From Candidatus Liptonbacteria bacterium (GTDB lineage Bacteria; Patescibacteriota; Minisyncoccia; UBA6257; 2-01-FULL-56-20), in assembly GCA_023244895.1 (NCBI GenBank), contig JAHFLL010000001.1, forward strand, positions 489,802 through 553,801: a stretch of DNA of 64,000 bases, read 5' to 3'. The position numbers were made by a program, and so were the translations under genes. Below are positions 1 through 10,404 of this stretch, piece by piece; position 1 is the first letter of the stretch; the number at the start of each line of letters is the position of its first letter. The notes under the pieces are model-generated. The model was not told the origin of the DNA, ran no database searches, and saw only the letters and a list, made by a program, of their open reading frames with translations.

Positions 1-1035
1 AGTGTCGGTGTGCGGGATCGGGAAGTGATAAAGACTGGCCAACTCTTCGCTTGATAGAATCATGGCCTGACCCGAATCAAACTTGCGGAAAATAAAGGGG
101 TAGACAATCTTTTGGAAATTCTTGACTTTAACGAACTTGAATTCGTTGCGCCTGGGACTGGAGAATTGTTGAAATCCAGAGATTATTCCATCTAGAATAT
201 CGTTCGCCTGAAACTGAGTCGCGGCAGAAGCGAGCAAACGAACGTTTACATGGAAAAGCGGCTTAGAAATCTTTGCCTCTAAGGCTTTAACCGCGTCCTC
301 GTCTACCACCTTCTCCTTAATTTCTCCCTTGTCTTTGGTTTCGGTGCTTATTGCCTCTTTTATGTCGTCCCAATCAATATCAAAAGCATTTAAAGCCTTG
401 CGCGCGGACTCTCCCCTTTTTATGCGGTCTATTATTTTTTGGACCGATTTGTTGAGATCTTTCTTGGCAGGACTTACGGCGATTTGCATGGCCGCGCCCT
501 CTCCGAACTCATTCACCTTGGCAAAAGCTCCCAAAATAGGGGCAAAGGTGTCCGACTCCAACTCCTGGTATGTGCGAATGGGTAGATAGGCATTCTCTCT
601 TTGCTTTACGTAAGCGGTGGAGGTGGCGCCATGAGGGTTAAAGATATTGTAGTCTTCATTAGTCTGAACGACGCTCGCGCCTGGCCAAGCAGATTGGATC
701 TGTTTGCTCGTCACCTCCACCGCCTTCTTGGGCACGGATACGTAAAAATGTATTTCTTCTCCGATATGATGCACGGCTATCTCAAAAAGAAAGGGTTCGC
801 GAGCGGAAGCCAGGTTGCTAATCAATTGCTCAAACTTATTTATCTCAAATTTGAAATAGTCCTTCTCGGGCTGATTTTCTTCCTTCTTCAGTTTCGGAAC
901 CTTAACCAAGAGAAGGGCTTGATTTAGAGAACGTATAATTCCCTGACGGCGCAGCCTGCCGTAAAGAAAATATCCGCCCACGCCCAAGAGGGCGCCCAGA
1001 ATCAATATGAAGATAACCGAAAGAAATCCAAGCAT
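1..1035 (-). CDS. N-terminal part of a CPR-type VirB4/TraD(TraM)-like membrane ATPase; runs off the window start
   Basis: Not in the ORF track. ATG at 1035 gives MLGFLSVIFILILGALLGVGGYFLY (TM helix)...FLFEIAVHHIGEEIHFYVSVP...; the same frame ends MILSSEELASLYHFPIPHTDT at base 1. EELASLYHFP is typical of this CPR family; the P-loop would lie outside the window. Confidence 0.7.
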   Translation of the reverse strand, partial: MLGFLSVIFILILGALLGVGGYFLYGRLRRQGIIRSLNQALLLVKVPKLKKEENQPEKDYFKFEINKFEQLISNLASAREPFLFEIAVHHIGEEIHFYVSVPKKAVEVTSKQIQSAWPGASVVQTNEDYNIFNPHGATSTAYVKQRENAYLPIRTYQELESDTFAPILGAFAKVNEFGEGAAMQIAVSPAKKDLNKSVQKIIDRIKRGESARKALNAFDIDWDDIKEAISTETKDKGEIKEKVVDEDAVKALEAKISKPLFHVNVRLLASAATQFQANDILDGIISGFQQFSSPRRNEFKFVKVKNFQKIVYPFIFRKFDSGQAMILSSEELASLYHFPIPHTDT

Positions 1036-1126
1036 CGGGTAACTTAATTATACAGCAACCCGCGGTAAGTAGTAAGTAGATGGCGAAAACTATAAAGAAC
1101 GATGTGATAGACTTTCGCCTACCGAT

Positions 1127-2902
1127 TTACGCAACTTCAGCCTGATAACAGGCTTCACAATATACTATCTCTCCGCGGTCAGGGGCATAGCTGGTTTCAA
1201 ATTTATTTTGACAAGGCTCGGCTCCATGAAAATGAATGTCCGTGTTTTGATAAGTCCCATTCTGCGACCTATTCCCAGCACACCCACAGGTCCTTTTCCA
1301 TAATTTTAAAGGGTTGAGGCGAGAGAAGCGCCTTTTATGGCGACAGTCAGAACACTTGTTTGGCAGGGGTAAATCAAACCGACGCAAGAAGGCAATTTCC
1401 GCGGGGACGAAGCGATAGGCTCGAGCGCAGGACGCGCAGGCGACCACCTCTTTTAATATATCGTCTCCTACTTCATCAATGGTTGCGGGCAGCTTCTCGC
1501 CTCTAATAGTTGCGGTGTGTTCAGAAGGAGCGCCGTCACACCACCTCCATCCCGTCTCCAATGCCCGTTCCTTAGTCAGCGGGAAATACACCTGCGCGTC
1601 CGTTTCGTTGTACCCATAAAGGGAAAAGTCATACGGCATGAACTCGCCATACTTCCAAACCCTGCCCTGCGCATCAACATAAGGATTACGTTCCATGTCC
1701 GCAATAATTTGAGTTCTCAGAGAGCGAAACTCTTCGGGTGTATATTGCTTATTTAAAATGCAATATTTTTTCTTGCGCAGACCAGAACAACCGAGAAGGT
1801 CTGCTACGTCTATACACCAAACACAATATTCAGTGTTTAGCGTGTTGCCGAGAGCGCACACATAAGAAAACTTAGCATTGTGCGTACCAGCACCTACATT
1901 CATGCACTCATAAATAAGCTCTACATTGTCACCCCACATAGTATAGTCATAAGCGTCTTTGGTATGCGCGTCCTTAATAAATTGACAGAAACGAACATTC
2001 TCCAGTCCGCGCGCCTGAAAAGAATCCTTGGCGTTTTTTGATTCATATATATAGTCTCCGGACACGTTCACGTTTTGGAAGCCATGCATAAACTTGTGCG
2101 GCACTGAACGCCAGACCTCCTCCGCTCGCGCCTGGAGCTGCAAGATACCCTCTTGCGTCCTCATACTCCGGCGCAGCGATTCTAATTCTCGGACATACTC
2201 TTCTTTAGAATGAGGCTTGTTCCAGATGTAATAACTCTTATTGCGCAGATTTGCGCAACCGAAACAATCCGTACAACCCCAAAGATTTTTAGAAAAAAAG
2301 ACATTCACGCAGTCGCTGGAATCTTCCGAAAAGAAAAGTCTTGATGACTTACGACAATTCACATCCTCATAACACAGATCCGATTCTCCTACTATCAGGA
2401 GGTCCATGGAGTCTTTTATATTAGACAATCTTCCGCCGTAAAGCACATCTTCGCAATAATCCGCATCAAAAATAAGATAGCAATTCTTAGACTCGCCCGA
2501 CTCGTTCACATATTCGCTATTAATCAGGGTGGGATGATTAGTCCCTAGTGCCACTAGGGGTGTTTCGCGGAGTAAGCCTTCTAACTGCTCAAGAAATGGT
2601 TTATGGGGATCATACTCCCGCCCATAATCTAATGGACTCCACCTGTCCGACCACCAACAAGGCGGACAATAGACCACGCATTGCTTATCGGGAGAATATG
2701 TGGAAAGAGTAATTTTTCTACAAAGTGCGCACTCCCGCTTATAGAGGTGGCGTTCGTTCCGAAACATGAGCCGCCGCTGGAGCCGACAATTGGGACAAAA
2801 CGTAGGTGGCGGCACCTTTATCCTCTCGTAGAAATTGAAATCCTCCGGCTCTATCGTGAAGTCGGATTTACAATTCTGACAGCTTTTTGTTTCTGAATTC
2901 AT
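1127..2902 (-). CDS. Cys-rich zinc-ribbon/beta-solenoid-like protein, paralog 1 (uncharacterised CPR family)
   Basis: N-term CQNC...CPNC...CALC...CPPCWW, central Cys repeats with CFGCxxL, C-term VYCEACY. Start moved to MNSETK (2902) by alignment with the paralogs. Confidence 0.85.
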   Translation of the reverse strand: MNSETKSCQNCKSDFTIEPEDFNFYERIKVPPPTFCPNCRLQRRLMFRNERHLYKRECALCRKITLSTYSPDKQCVVYCPPCWWSDRWSPLDYGREYDPHKPFLEQLEGLLRETPLVALGTNHPTLINSEYVNESGESKNCYLIFDADYCEDVLYGGRLSNIKDSMDLLIVGESDLCYEDVNCRKSSRLFFSEDSSDCVNVFFSKNLWGCTDCFGCANLRNKSYYIWNKPHSKEEYVRELESLRRSMRTQEGILQLQARAEEVWRSVPHKFMHGFQNVNVSGDYIYESKNAKDSFQARGLENVRFCQFIKDAHTKDAYDYTMWGDNVELIYECMNVGAGTHNAKFSYVCALGNTLNTEYCVWCIDVADLLGCSGLRKKKYCILNKQYTPEEFRSLRTQIIADMERNPYVDAQGRVWKYGEFMPYDFSLYGYNETDAQVYFPLTKERALETGWRWCDGAPSEHTATIRGEKLPATIDEVGDDILKEVVACASCARAYRFVPAEIAFLRRFDLPLPNKCSDCRHKRRFSRLNPLKLWKRTCGCAGNRSQNGTYQNTDIHFHGAEPCQNKFETSYAPDRGEIVYCEACYQAEVA

Positions 2903-2944
2903 ATTCTGCATACTACATGCCACATTCTACCTACTGCTTTTTCC

Positions 2945-4705
2945 TTATACCACCTCCGCATTGTAGCACTGCTCGCAGTAGACTATTTCTGGCCGGTCGG
3001 GGGCATACGGGGTTCTGAATTCTATCTGGCATTTTTCAGAACCATGCACGTGAACCACCTGATTCTTATATACGCTATTTAAACTGCCCACACCCGAACA
3101 CTGACATTTTCTTGGCCACAGCCCAATCGGAGTGCGGAATTTATCTCTCTCGGAGTGTCGACACTTCGGACAAAGACGCGGGATAGGTAAACCAAATCTT
3201 TTATAGAATTCCAATTCTTTTTCCAAAATGCGATAGACTCTGGCACACCCTTCACAAGATATTATCTCCTTCACTATTGCCGAGGTTGCGTCCTCTATCG
3301 AGTCCGGCAAAGCGGAAGAAGATGTGGTCGGCTCGTATTCCCGCTCTTCAATTTCTCGCCAACCAAACCCCTGGGACAGAGATTGTTCTTCGGTAAGGGG
3401 CATGTATTCAACCGCGCAAGACTCGTTATAAGCCAAGGGGGATGTCTCGGGCGGTAAAAACTCCCCGTATCTGTATGTCTTTCCCAGGGCATCTTTATAA
3501 GGAAGACTGTTCATGCTCGCGATAATTTTATCTCTTAACTTGTAATACTCTTGCTCGCTATATTGCTTATTAAAAATACAGAACTGCTTCTTCCTTAAGC
3601 TCACGCAACCGAAAAGATTGTTGGAAGAGTGACAGCCTATGCAATACTCCAAATTACTGGAGGAGGGCCAACAATCAAAGCAAAATTTAAGATTACTCAC
3701 ATTCTCACCGCAAGAAATACTTTCATAAATCAACTCGGCATTTATCCCCCAATTAGTGTAATCCATACAGTCTTTAACGCGGTCCGAAGATATTTGGGAA
3801 TATTTTACATTTTCCGCGCTGTCTATAATCAGATAGCTTTCATTTACATTCTTGCAGTTATACAAATACTCCCCCTCGGATCTTTCGTTTCTTTGAACGT
3901 GAGCGTACTTATTGGGATATTTCAGCCAAAAATCAAGAACTGTTTTTCTTATTTTCTGAAAAGCGGCATAGGAGCTGGTGTTAAATTCTTTAATTTTTTT
4001 AGCATACGACTCCTTATCGTAAGGCTGGTTAAAAATATGGTATTTTTTATGTCTTAGGCCAACACAGCCGAAGCAATCATTGCAATCTGAACAATCTTTC
4101 ATAAACCAGCAATTGCTTAGATTATAGCTATCCACCGCGAAACGGGCTTGAAAACAGTTGCCCGTATTGTAATTCTCATAACACAACTCGTTGCTCTGGA
4201 CGTCAGAAAACTCCATGCATTCCTTGAGATATCTACCCATATTACCGTACATGCAATTTTCGGAATCCCCGAAGTCAAAACACAGATAGCAGTTCTTGGC
4301 GCGGGAAGCCTGGTCGCAGTAATCGCTGTTTTCCAAAACCTGAACCGAACGGGATGCCCAGGGCACATCCCTGGAGAGGGTTTTAAATTGTTCAAAAAAA
4401 GTTTTCGAGAAATCATATTCCCGCCCATAGTCCATGGGATCCCAGGCATCCGACCACCAATAATCCCGTTCGTATATTTTTATATTCGAACTGTCCGGAA
4501 AAGAAGAAAATATTGTCTCCCCTTTTATTGCTTCTTTCTTGCGAAAAAGGTTTTTCTCGTTCCAAAAAACTAAGCGTCTTCGAAGCCGACAACTCGGACA
4601 CCAGGTCGGGGGCGGAACCTTCACGCGTTCATAAAATTGAAAGTCCTCCGGCTCGATAACGAATTCCGATTTGCAATTTTGGCAGTTTCTTTCCTCGGCG
4701 ATCAT
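2945..4705 (-). CDS. Cys-rich paralog 2
   Basis: Same architecture: CQNCK..IEPEDF..PPPTWCPSCR; CNDCFGCVGL; YGEFLP; VYCEQCY. Confidence 0.88.
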   Translation of the reverse strand: MIAEERNCQNCKSEFVIEPEDFQFYERVKVPPPTWCPSCRLRRRLVFWNEKNLFRKKEAIKGETIFSSFPDSSNIKIYERDYWWSDAWDPMDYGREYDFSKTFFEQFKTLSRDVPWASRSVQVLENSDYCDQASRAKNCYLCFDFGDSENCMYGNMGRYLKECMEFSDVQSNELCYENYNTGNCFQARFAVDSYNLSNCWFMKDCSDCNDCFGCVGLRHKKYHIFNQPYDKESYAKKIKEFNTSSYAAFQKIRKTVLDFWLKYPNKYAHVQRNERSEGEYLYNCKNVNESYLIIDSAENVKYSQISSDRVKDCMDYTNWGINAELIYESISCGENVSNLKFCFDCWPSSSNLEYCIGCHSSNNLFGCVSLRKKQFCIFNKQYSEQEYYKLRDKIIASMNSLPYKDALGKTYRYGEFLPPETSPLAYNESCAVEYMPLTEEQSLSQGFGWREIEEREYEPTTSSSALPDSIEDATSAIVKEIISCEGCARVYRILEKELEFYKRFGLPIPRLCPKCRHSERDKFRTPIGLWPRKCQCSGVGSLNSVYKNQVVHVHGSEKCQIEFRTPYAPDRPEIVYCEQCYNAEVV

Positions 4706-6459
4706 ACTACTTCGGAATTATAACAGCTCTCACAGTAAACTATTTCCGGTCGATCGGGGGCATAGGAAGTTTCAAACTGATTAGGACATCCGCCCTGGTG
4801 GCTGTGGTTAGGCTTATCGCACATGCACCCTCGGGTCCAAAGTCTGAGCGGATTCCTTTCCGCCAATCTCTCATAGTGCCTGCAATTAGGGCAAAGCCTG
4901 GGCAGAGATAGGTTCATGCGCTTATAAAACTGTAGTTCGGCGGGGATAAGTTTGAAAGCAGTCACACAGCTTGCTTCACAGTTGGCGGTATGATGGTTCT
5001 CTTGGGCATGAAGACACCCTATCACCTCCTCTAGGATGGAGTCAGGGGTGTCTTTGATATGGTCCGGCAGGTCCTGGGGTTGTTTGGTCACGGTGTATTG
5101 CTTGGTATCTGGGTCTCTCCACTTGTATCCCTGAACTAGAGCCTGCTCTTTGGTTAAGGGGAAGTACTCCTGGGCGATGGTTTCGTTGTAGGAGAAGGGA
5201 GAGAGTTCCGGGGGGAAGAACTCCCCGTATTTATATACTCTGCCTAGTTTATCTATATAGGGCATAGTATTCATATGCTCTATGATCTGGGGGACCAGAG
5301 CTTCATACTCCTCCTTGGTGTATTGCTTGTTCAAAATACAGTACTGCTTGTTGCGCAGGGCGACGCAGGCAAAGATGTTCTGACAACCGTGAGAGGCATA
5401 ACTATACTGCACGTTATGCCCGCCCCAAACGAATATATCAAAGAAGAATTTGGTTCCATTTAATCCAGTGTCAACTGATTCATATATGAGCTCGCTTGTT
5501 TCCCCTATGCCATAGCCGTCGTAAGAATCACTCAGGCGCACTCCCCCATTGATACAGAACTTACAGTCGCGAATGCCACCCCAGAAGTCGAAGCATGCTT
5601 TACAGTTGCTGGCCTCTCCCACGTTGTCGCCGGTAGTATTTTCTACCTTATACGTATTGGCATACTTCCTTATCGCCTTAAGCTTGAGCTTCTCAAATTC
5701 CTCCTTTACTCTTAAAACATTTCTATAGCTGCCCAGGTCCAATTCCAGCAATTTCCTACCGTATTCTTCCTTGGAATAGGGCTGGTTGAAGATATGATAG
5801 GATTTACCACGCAGATTAGTACAACCAAAACAATCATTGCACCCCTTGCATTGATATAAAAAGGCGGAGTTGGTGCAATTTTCTGAATTCTGTATATAGA
5901 AAGAGTGGGCTATCTTTTCTGATGAAGAGCCCTCATATACTAACTCTGAGTCAGTAACATTAAGTGAGTCCTCCGAGTCCTTCACGTTGCCGCATTTGGA
6001 AACATAGTTGGAATCTTCTATGCCCCAACATGCATGAGAAAGGTAAGAATTTTTCGCCTCGCCGGTGTGATTGCAATAGTCGCTATTAGTAGCCCGCGAC
6101 AGGAATAATGCCGGCATCGGAACCTTGTTTAGCAGCTCGCGATATTGTCCAAAGAAGGATTTTTCAAAATCATACTCGACTCCATAAGAAAGCGGGTCCC
6201 AGGCATCCGACCACCACATATCCCTATCATAGACGTTTATGCCGCTCTCCGGAGAGAAACAGGTTATGACATCCTTATCGTTCAGAGATTTACGACGATA
6301 CAGAGACCTCTCGTTGCGCCAGCTCATTCTCCTCACGCAACGGCAGTCAGGACAAAATGTCGGCGGGGGCATCTTTATACGTTCGTAGAATACAAAATCT
6401 TCCGGTTCTATCGTAAAATCCTTTTTACAATTCTGGCAATTTCTAATTTCCGGTCCCAT
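4702..6459 (-). CDS. Cys-rich paralog 3
   Basis: Same architecture; its TGA overlaps the ATG of paralog 2 (ATGA). Confidence 0.88.
   Translation of the reverse strand: MGPEIRNCQNCKKDFTIEPEDFVFYERIKMPPPTFCPDCRCVRRMSWRNERSLYRRKSLNDKDVITCFSPESGINVYDRDMWWSDAWDPLSYGVEYDFEKSFFGQYRELLNKVPMPALFLSRATNSDYCNHTGEAKNSYLSHACWGIEDSNYVSKCGNVKDSEDSLNVTDSELVYEGSSSEKIAHSFYIQNSENCTNSAFLYQCKGCNDCFGCTNLRGKSYHIFNQPYSKEEYGRKLLELDLGSYRNVLRVKEEFEKLKLKAIRKYANTYKVENTTGDNVGEASNCKACFDFWGGIRDCKFCINGGVRLSDSYDGYGIGETSELIYESVDTGLNGTKFFFDIFVWGGHNVQYSYASHGCQNIFACVALRNKQYCILNKQYTKEEYEALVPQIIEHMNTMPYIDKLGRVYKYGEFFPPELSPFSYNETIAQEYFPLTKEQALVQGYKWRDPDTKQYTVTKQPQDLPDHIKDTPDSILEEVIGCLHAQENHHTANCEASCVTAFKLIPAELQFYKRMNLSLPRLCPNCRHYERLAERNPLRLWTRGCMCDKPNHSHQGGCPNQFETSYAPDRPEIVYCESCYNSEVV
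5014..5373. repeat. 360-bp direct repeat copy A (copy B 38387-38746)
   Basis: Manual alignment at offset 33373: 7 mismatches, no gaps. Confidence 0.92.
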
Positions 6460-6480
6460 TTATTTTTTACCTCCCGTTTT

Positions 6481-6950
6481 CTATATTCTATCTTCCAACT
6501 TCTAGCTTCTATTCTACCATCCCCCTTTTCTTTAATTCTTCGTATAAATTACCGGCTAAAGCATCATGAAAAACGTCCAGAATATACGGGTTGGATTTGG
6601 CGGCCTCACTTGTCGCTTTTACTATGCCTTCTCGAAATGCCATGCCAAGAAGATTCTCTACCTCCAACTTCGTCTCCGGCGGAGCGGACTGAGCGTATTT
6701 CGGCAAGACCGAATCTTCCGACTTAGTAGGTTCTGCTGACCGGGCTACAGGAGCTACGCCCGTATAGGACTGGATAGACTGCTTGACCAGTTCGTGCCCG
6801 GAAACACCTTTCATCTCCGGATTTTCCTGATGACGCTTCAGCTCCGCGGCTACGCCGTGCAAATCTTGCTCTTGGACAGGTACTTTGATTTCTGGGGTTA
6901 GTTGATCGGGCATGTTGATTAGTAGTTAGAATTTAGAAGCTAGAATATAG
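6481..6950. repeat. Inverted pair of degenerate heptamer arrays (6481-6511 and 6920-6950) bracketing the 6509-6913 gene
   Basis: ctatattcta...ttctagcttcta vs tagaatt-tagaagc-tagaata-tag; 6481-6490 is the exact reverse complement of 6941-6950. Confidence 0.7.
6509..6913 (-). CDS. Hypothetical protein (CPR-type)
   Basis: 134 aa; C-terminal AFREGIVKA...NPYILDVFHDAL...LYEELKKRG. Confidence 0.75.
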   Translation of the reverse strand: MPDQLTPEIKVPVQEQDLHGVAAELKRHQENPEMKGVSGHELVKQSIQSYTGVAPVARSAEPTKSEDSVLPKYAQSAPPETKLEVENLLGMAFREGIVKATSEAAKSNPYILDVFHDALAGNLYEELKKRGMVE

Positions 6951-6993
6951 ACGAGACATCCTAGCGCGATGTTTTTATTGTATAATTTAAACT

Positions 6994-8487
6994 ATGCAAA
7001 AACGCAATGTTTTATGGGGACTGTTTCTGGTCCTGATTATAGCAACCTTCCTCAGAACCTACCAACTGGATAAATTCCCACCCGGACTCTACCCGGACGA
7101 GGCCATGAACGGCAACAACGCCCTAGAGGCCATTAAAACCGGCGATTACAAAGTATATTATCCTGAAAATAATGGCCGGGAAGGTCTTTTCATAAATATA
7201 CAAGCACAGTTTTTGCGCCTGATTGGACTGAATGAACCCTGGGTTTTGCGCCTAACAAGCGCCCTAGTAGGGATACTCACCGTGTTGGGGATTTACCTTT
7301 TTGCCAAGGAACTGTTCTCGCGCAAAGTCGGGCTATTGTCCGCTTTTCTTTTGGCCACAAGTTTCTGGCACATAAACTTTTCCCGCATCGGCTTCCGAGC
7401 CATCTCCGCTTGTATGTTCGCCGTTTGGGGATTCTATTTATTGTGGTACGCTCTTCGCAAATCGAACGAACAAAAGGGCGGCTTGTGGCAAGCAATTTTA
7501 GGCGGAATAATTTTCGGGTTGGGTTTCCATACCTACATTGCCTACCGCGTTACACCTCTCCTGCTACTAATACCGCTTATTTATTTCCGGAAGAATAACG
7601 GCTTCTGGAAAATACTACTAGCGTTTCTGGTCGGCGCTTTCATAGCCGGCTTACCAATTGGTCTTTATTATCTTCAAAACCCAGGCGACTTCTTTGGGCG
7701 CACCTCCCAAATCTCTGTTTTCAGTTCAGACTCTACCCTCAAAGACCTTTCTCTCAACATAGGCAAGACTCTTTTAATGTTCTTCTACGACGGAGACTAT
7801 AACTGGCGGCACAATTACGCCGGTCGCGCGCAACTCTTCTGGCCGGTAGCCCTCATGTTTCTCGGTGGCATAATTTTAGGGCTAGGCGCCATCTTTAAGA
7901 GATATCTGGGTTCAAGGAGCCTCCACGATGAAGATAATTCCGAACTGGGAGCCCGGAAAATGCGCGCTTCTTTCTGGTTAATATTCTTGTGGTTCGGCCT
8001 GGGGCTTCTGCCGGTCATTATCTCGAACGAAGGCCTGCCCCACGCCTTGCGGGCCCTGCTTCTTATTCCCCCTGCCATAGTCCTCGCTGGAGTAGCCGGA
8101 ATATGGTTTTACGAGAAAGCCAAGGAGCGTCTACACCCTAAAATACTGGGAGGGCTGACCGTCCTATTTCTAATCCTTTTGTTTTTGGAAGCATATCAAA
8201 CCTATTTTCTACTCTGGGGACCCAATCAAAATACGCAAGGAGCCTTCGCGGCAAACTACGTGAATATCGGCGAGCAAATCAACCGGACCTCACGCCTGCA
8301 CGACAAATACGTAATAGTAGAAGGAGGCGGCACGGATGTGCGCGGACTTCCTATGCCAACGCAGACCACCATGTTTATAACCGACACCTTCCTGCCTCAA
8401 GACCAAAGGGACAAAAAAATCCACTACGTCCTCCCTGGACAAATTGAGCAAATCCCACCCGGTGCCCTGCGCTTCTATTTAAGATAG
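6994..8487 (+). CDS. ArnT/PMT-like (GT-C fold, GT39/83) membrane glycosyltransferase
   Basis: PPGLYPDEA motif after the first TM, many TM helices, SFWHINFSRIGFR. Confidence 0.85.
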   Translation: MQKRNVLWGLFLVLIIATFLRTYQLDKFPPGLYPDEAMNGNNALEAIKTGDYKVYYPENNGREGLFINIQAQFLRLIGLNEPWVLRLTSALVGILTVLGIYLFAKELFSRKVGLLSAFLLATSFWHINFSRIGFRAISACMFAVWGFYLLWYALRKSNEQKGGLWQAILGGIIFGLGFHTYIAYRVTPLLLLIPLIYFRKNNGFWKILLAFLVGAFIAGLPIGLYYLQNPGDFFGRTSQISVFSSDSTLKDLSLNIGKTLLMFFYDGDYNWRHNYAGRAQLFWPVALMFLGGIILGLGAIFKRYLGSRSLHDEDNSELGARKMRASFWLIFLWFGLGLLPVIISNEGLPHALRALLLIPPAIVLAGVAGIWFYEKAKERLHPKILGGLTVLFLILLFLEAYQTYFLLWGPNQNTQGAFAANYVNIGEQINRTSRLHDKYVIVEGGGTDVRGLPMPTQTTMFITDTFLPQDQRDKKIHYVLPGQIEQIPPGALRFYLR

Positions 8488-9560
8488 CTTACCTTCAGCT
8501 TCTTCTCCTCTCTAAATCTATCTAAAGCCAACTGGATAAGACGGTCTATCAGCTCACCGTAAGGCATACCGGAAGCCTCCCAGAGCTTGGGGTACATACT
8601 GATATTGGTAAAACCGGGCAGGGTGTTTATCTCGTTAACCAGCACTTCGCCGTTCTCTTTCAGGAAGCAGTCAACTCTGCCCAAGCCTTCGCAATTTAAC
8701 GCTTTGAAGGTTCTGATTGCTAGACCCTGCACTTTCTTTACAACATCTTCCGGCAAAATGGCGGGGATTTTCAAATCCGCTCCGTTCTCGTCCAGATATT
8801 TCGCCTCATAAGAGTAAAACTCATGTCTCGCCACAACTTCTCCCGGCACGGAAGCGATGGGGTTCTCATTGCCCAGTACGGAACACTCTATCTCGCGGCC
8901 GGGTATGAATTCTTCCAGGACTATTTTCCGATCATATTGAAAAGCATCTTTTAGCGCCGTCTCGTAACCAGGCTCATCTTTTATCTTATGCACCCCCACC
9001 GAAGAACCCATATTGGCCGGTTTCATAAAGAATGGCGAACCTATTTTTTCAACCACCTCTCCATATCTCATCTTATCTGAGCCGGGAGCTAGGGTTATAA
9101 ATTTTCCGATAGGTATGCCGGCATCACGCAAAATATGCTTCATCACGTCCTTATCCATGCCAACTGCCGAACCTAACACGCTTGGACCAACGAAAGGGAT
9201 ATCCGCCAACTTCAAAAGACCTTGGACCGTGCCATCTTCGCCAAACGGTCCATGTAAGATCGCAAAGGCCACATCTACTTTAGGGAATATATTTTCCGAA
9301 TCCCCAACCCCTCCAAATCTAAATGCAAGCGCGTCTGATTCTTTTTCTATATCCGCCAGCGAGATGGTCGGCTTATCCGCACGAAGTAGGCTCTCTGTTT
9401 TCACCTTATACCACTCTCCTGACTTAGCTATGCCTATCGCCTGCACTTCGTATTTTTCTGGATCCAAGGCGCGTACAATATTACGAGCAGACTGGATGGA
9501 AACCTCATGCTCCGCGGAGCGCCCACCAAAAATAACCGCTACTTTCAGTTTTTGAATCAT
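8475..9560 (-). CDS. ddl: D-alanine--D-alanine ligase
   Basis: FGGRSAEHEVS, LHGPFGEDG, KPANMGSSVG, YSYEAKY, NEINTLPGFT. Confidence 0.97.
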   Translation of the reverse strand: MIQKLKVAVIFGGRSAEHEVSIQSARNIVRALDPEKYEVQAIGIAKSGEWYKVKTESLLRADKPTISLADIEKESDALAFRFGGVGDSENIFPKVDVAFAILHGPFGEDGTVQGLLKLADIPFVGPSVLGSAVGMDKDVMKHILRDAGIPIGKFITLAPGSDKMRYGEVVEKIGSPFFMKPANMGSSVGVHKIKDEPGYETALKDAFQYDRKIVLEEFIPGREIECSVLGNENPIASVPGEVVARHEFYSYEAKYLDENGADLKIPAILPEDVVKKVQGLAIRTFKALNCEGLGRVDCFLKENGEVLVNEINTLPGFTNISMYPKLWEASGMPYGELIDRLIQLALDRFREEKKLKVSYLK

Positions 9561-9586
9561 AGAGATACTTTAACTAGCGTAGGGCT

Positions 9587-9626
9587 AAAAGACAAATCCC
9601 CTACGCCAGCTGGCGCAGGGGATTTG
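9587..9626 (-). terminator. Intrinsic terminator after rplU
   Basis: Minus strand CAAATCCCCTGCGCCA-GC-TGGCGTAGGGGATTTG followed by TCTTTT. Confidence 0.7.
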
Positions 9627-9649
9627 CTTCAAGCTGTATGTTCTAAAAT

Positions 9650-9961
9650 TTACACGCTTACCACCGTCACTTCCGTAAGCTCTTGGCGATGACCCTTCTT
9701 CCTGCGATAACGAGTCTTGGAGTGATACTTAAAAATTATCTTCTTTTTATCCCGCATTTGGCGAGCTACTGTGGTCACAACCTTGGCACCTGCGACATAG
9801 GGATCCCCGACCTCTACCTTATCCCCATCCGCTACCAGTAACACCTTATCAAAAACCAAGTCCGCCCCGGCAACACCTGCCAGTTTTTCCACTTTTATCT
9901 TATCCCCCGCGGAAACCTTGTATTGCTTCCCGCCGGTTTCTATTACAGCAAATTTAGACAT
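9650..9961 (-). CDS. rplU: 50S ribosomal protein bL21
   Basis: AVIETGGKQYKV...GHRQ. Confidence 0.97.
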   Translation of the reverse strand: MSKFAVIETGGKQYKVSAGDKIKVEKLAGVAGADLVFDKVLLVADGDKVEVGDPYVAGAKVVTTVARQMRDKKKIIFKYHSKTRYRRKKGHRQELTEVTVVSV

Positions 9962-10043
9962 TGTATTTTATCGATCCGAACTGTCCCGAATGCCCCAAAT
10001 CACTTCGGATAATTCGGATGTATTCGTAGATTGGGATTACTTT

Positions 10044-10403
10044 TTAATTGACCCCTATTATAGCCGCAAAACCTATAAAAAGCAAGGCTCCTATAAAAAC
10101 ATTAACCCCGGTAACAATGCGGGCCAACATGGTGTCGCGATTCGCCAATTCTAGGGCTAATACTAGATTTAAGAAGGTTAAAATTACTCCAAAACCGCCT
10201 GCCCAGGCCAAATCACCGAAAGAACCATACTGATTTATGCCGTCCAAGTTGTTGAAGTGCACAACGAGAGTTGGTCCGGTTTCATACGAATAGAACACTA
10301 GCCACAAGTAGCCCGCTAAGGACAAAATCGGCCCCAAGAGAGAAATCAGCGTGATTAAACGATGCCTTTTTACTTTATCTAATTGCCGTCCGATAAAATT
10401 CAT
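10044..10403 (-). CDS. Small 3-TM membrane protein (DUF1648-like)
   Basis: Hydrophobic segments and LVVHFNNLDGINQYG; start taken at MNFIG. Confidence 0.65.
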   Translation of the reverse strand: MNFIGRQLDKVKRHRLITLISLLGPILSLAGYLWLVFYSYETGPTLVVHFNNLDGINQYGSFGDLAWAGGFGVILTFLNLVLALELANRDTMLARIVTGVNVFIGALLFIGFAAIIGVN

Positions 10404-10404
10404 A

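Noticed and set aside
329-927. Plus-strand ORFs 329-589 and 601-927, and the many other antisense ORFs in the track
   Set aside because: They are shadows of well-supported genes on the opposite strand.
9975-10035. Roughly 9-nt periodic ccgaa/ttcgga repeats upstream of rplU as an L21 leader
   Set aside because: Too degenerate to assign; resembles the other short intergenic arrays.
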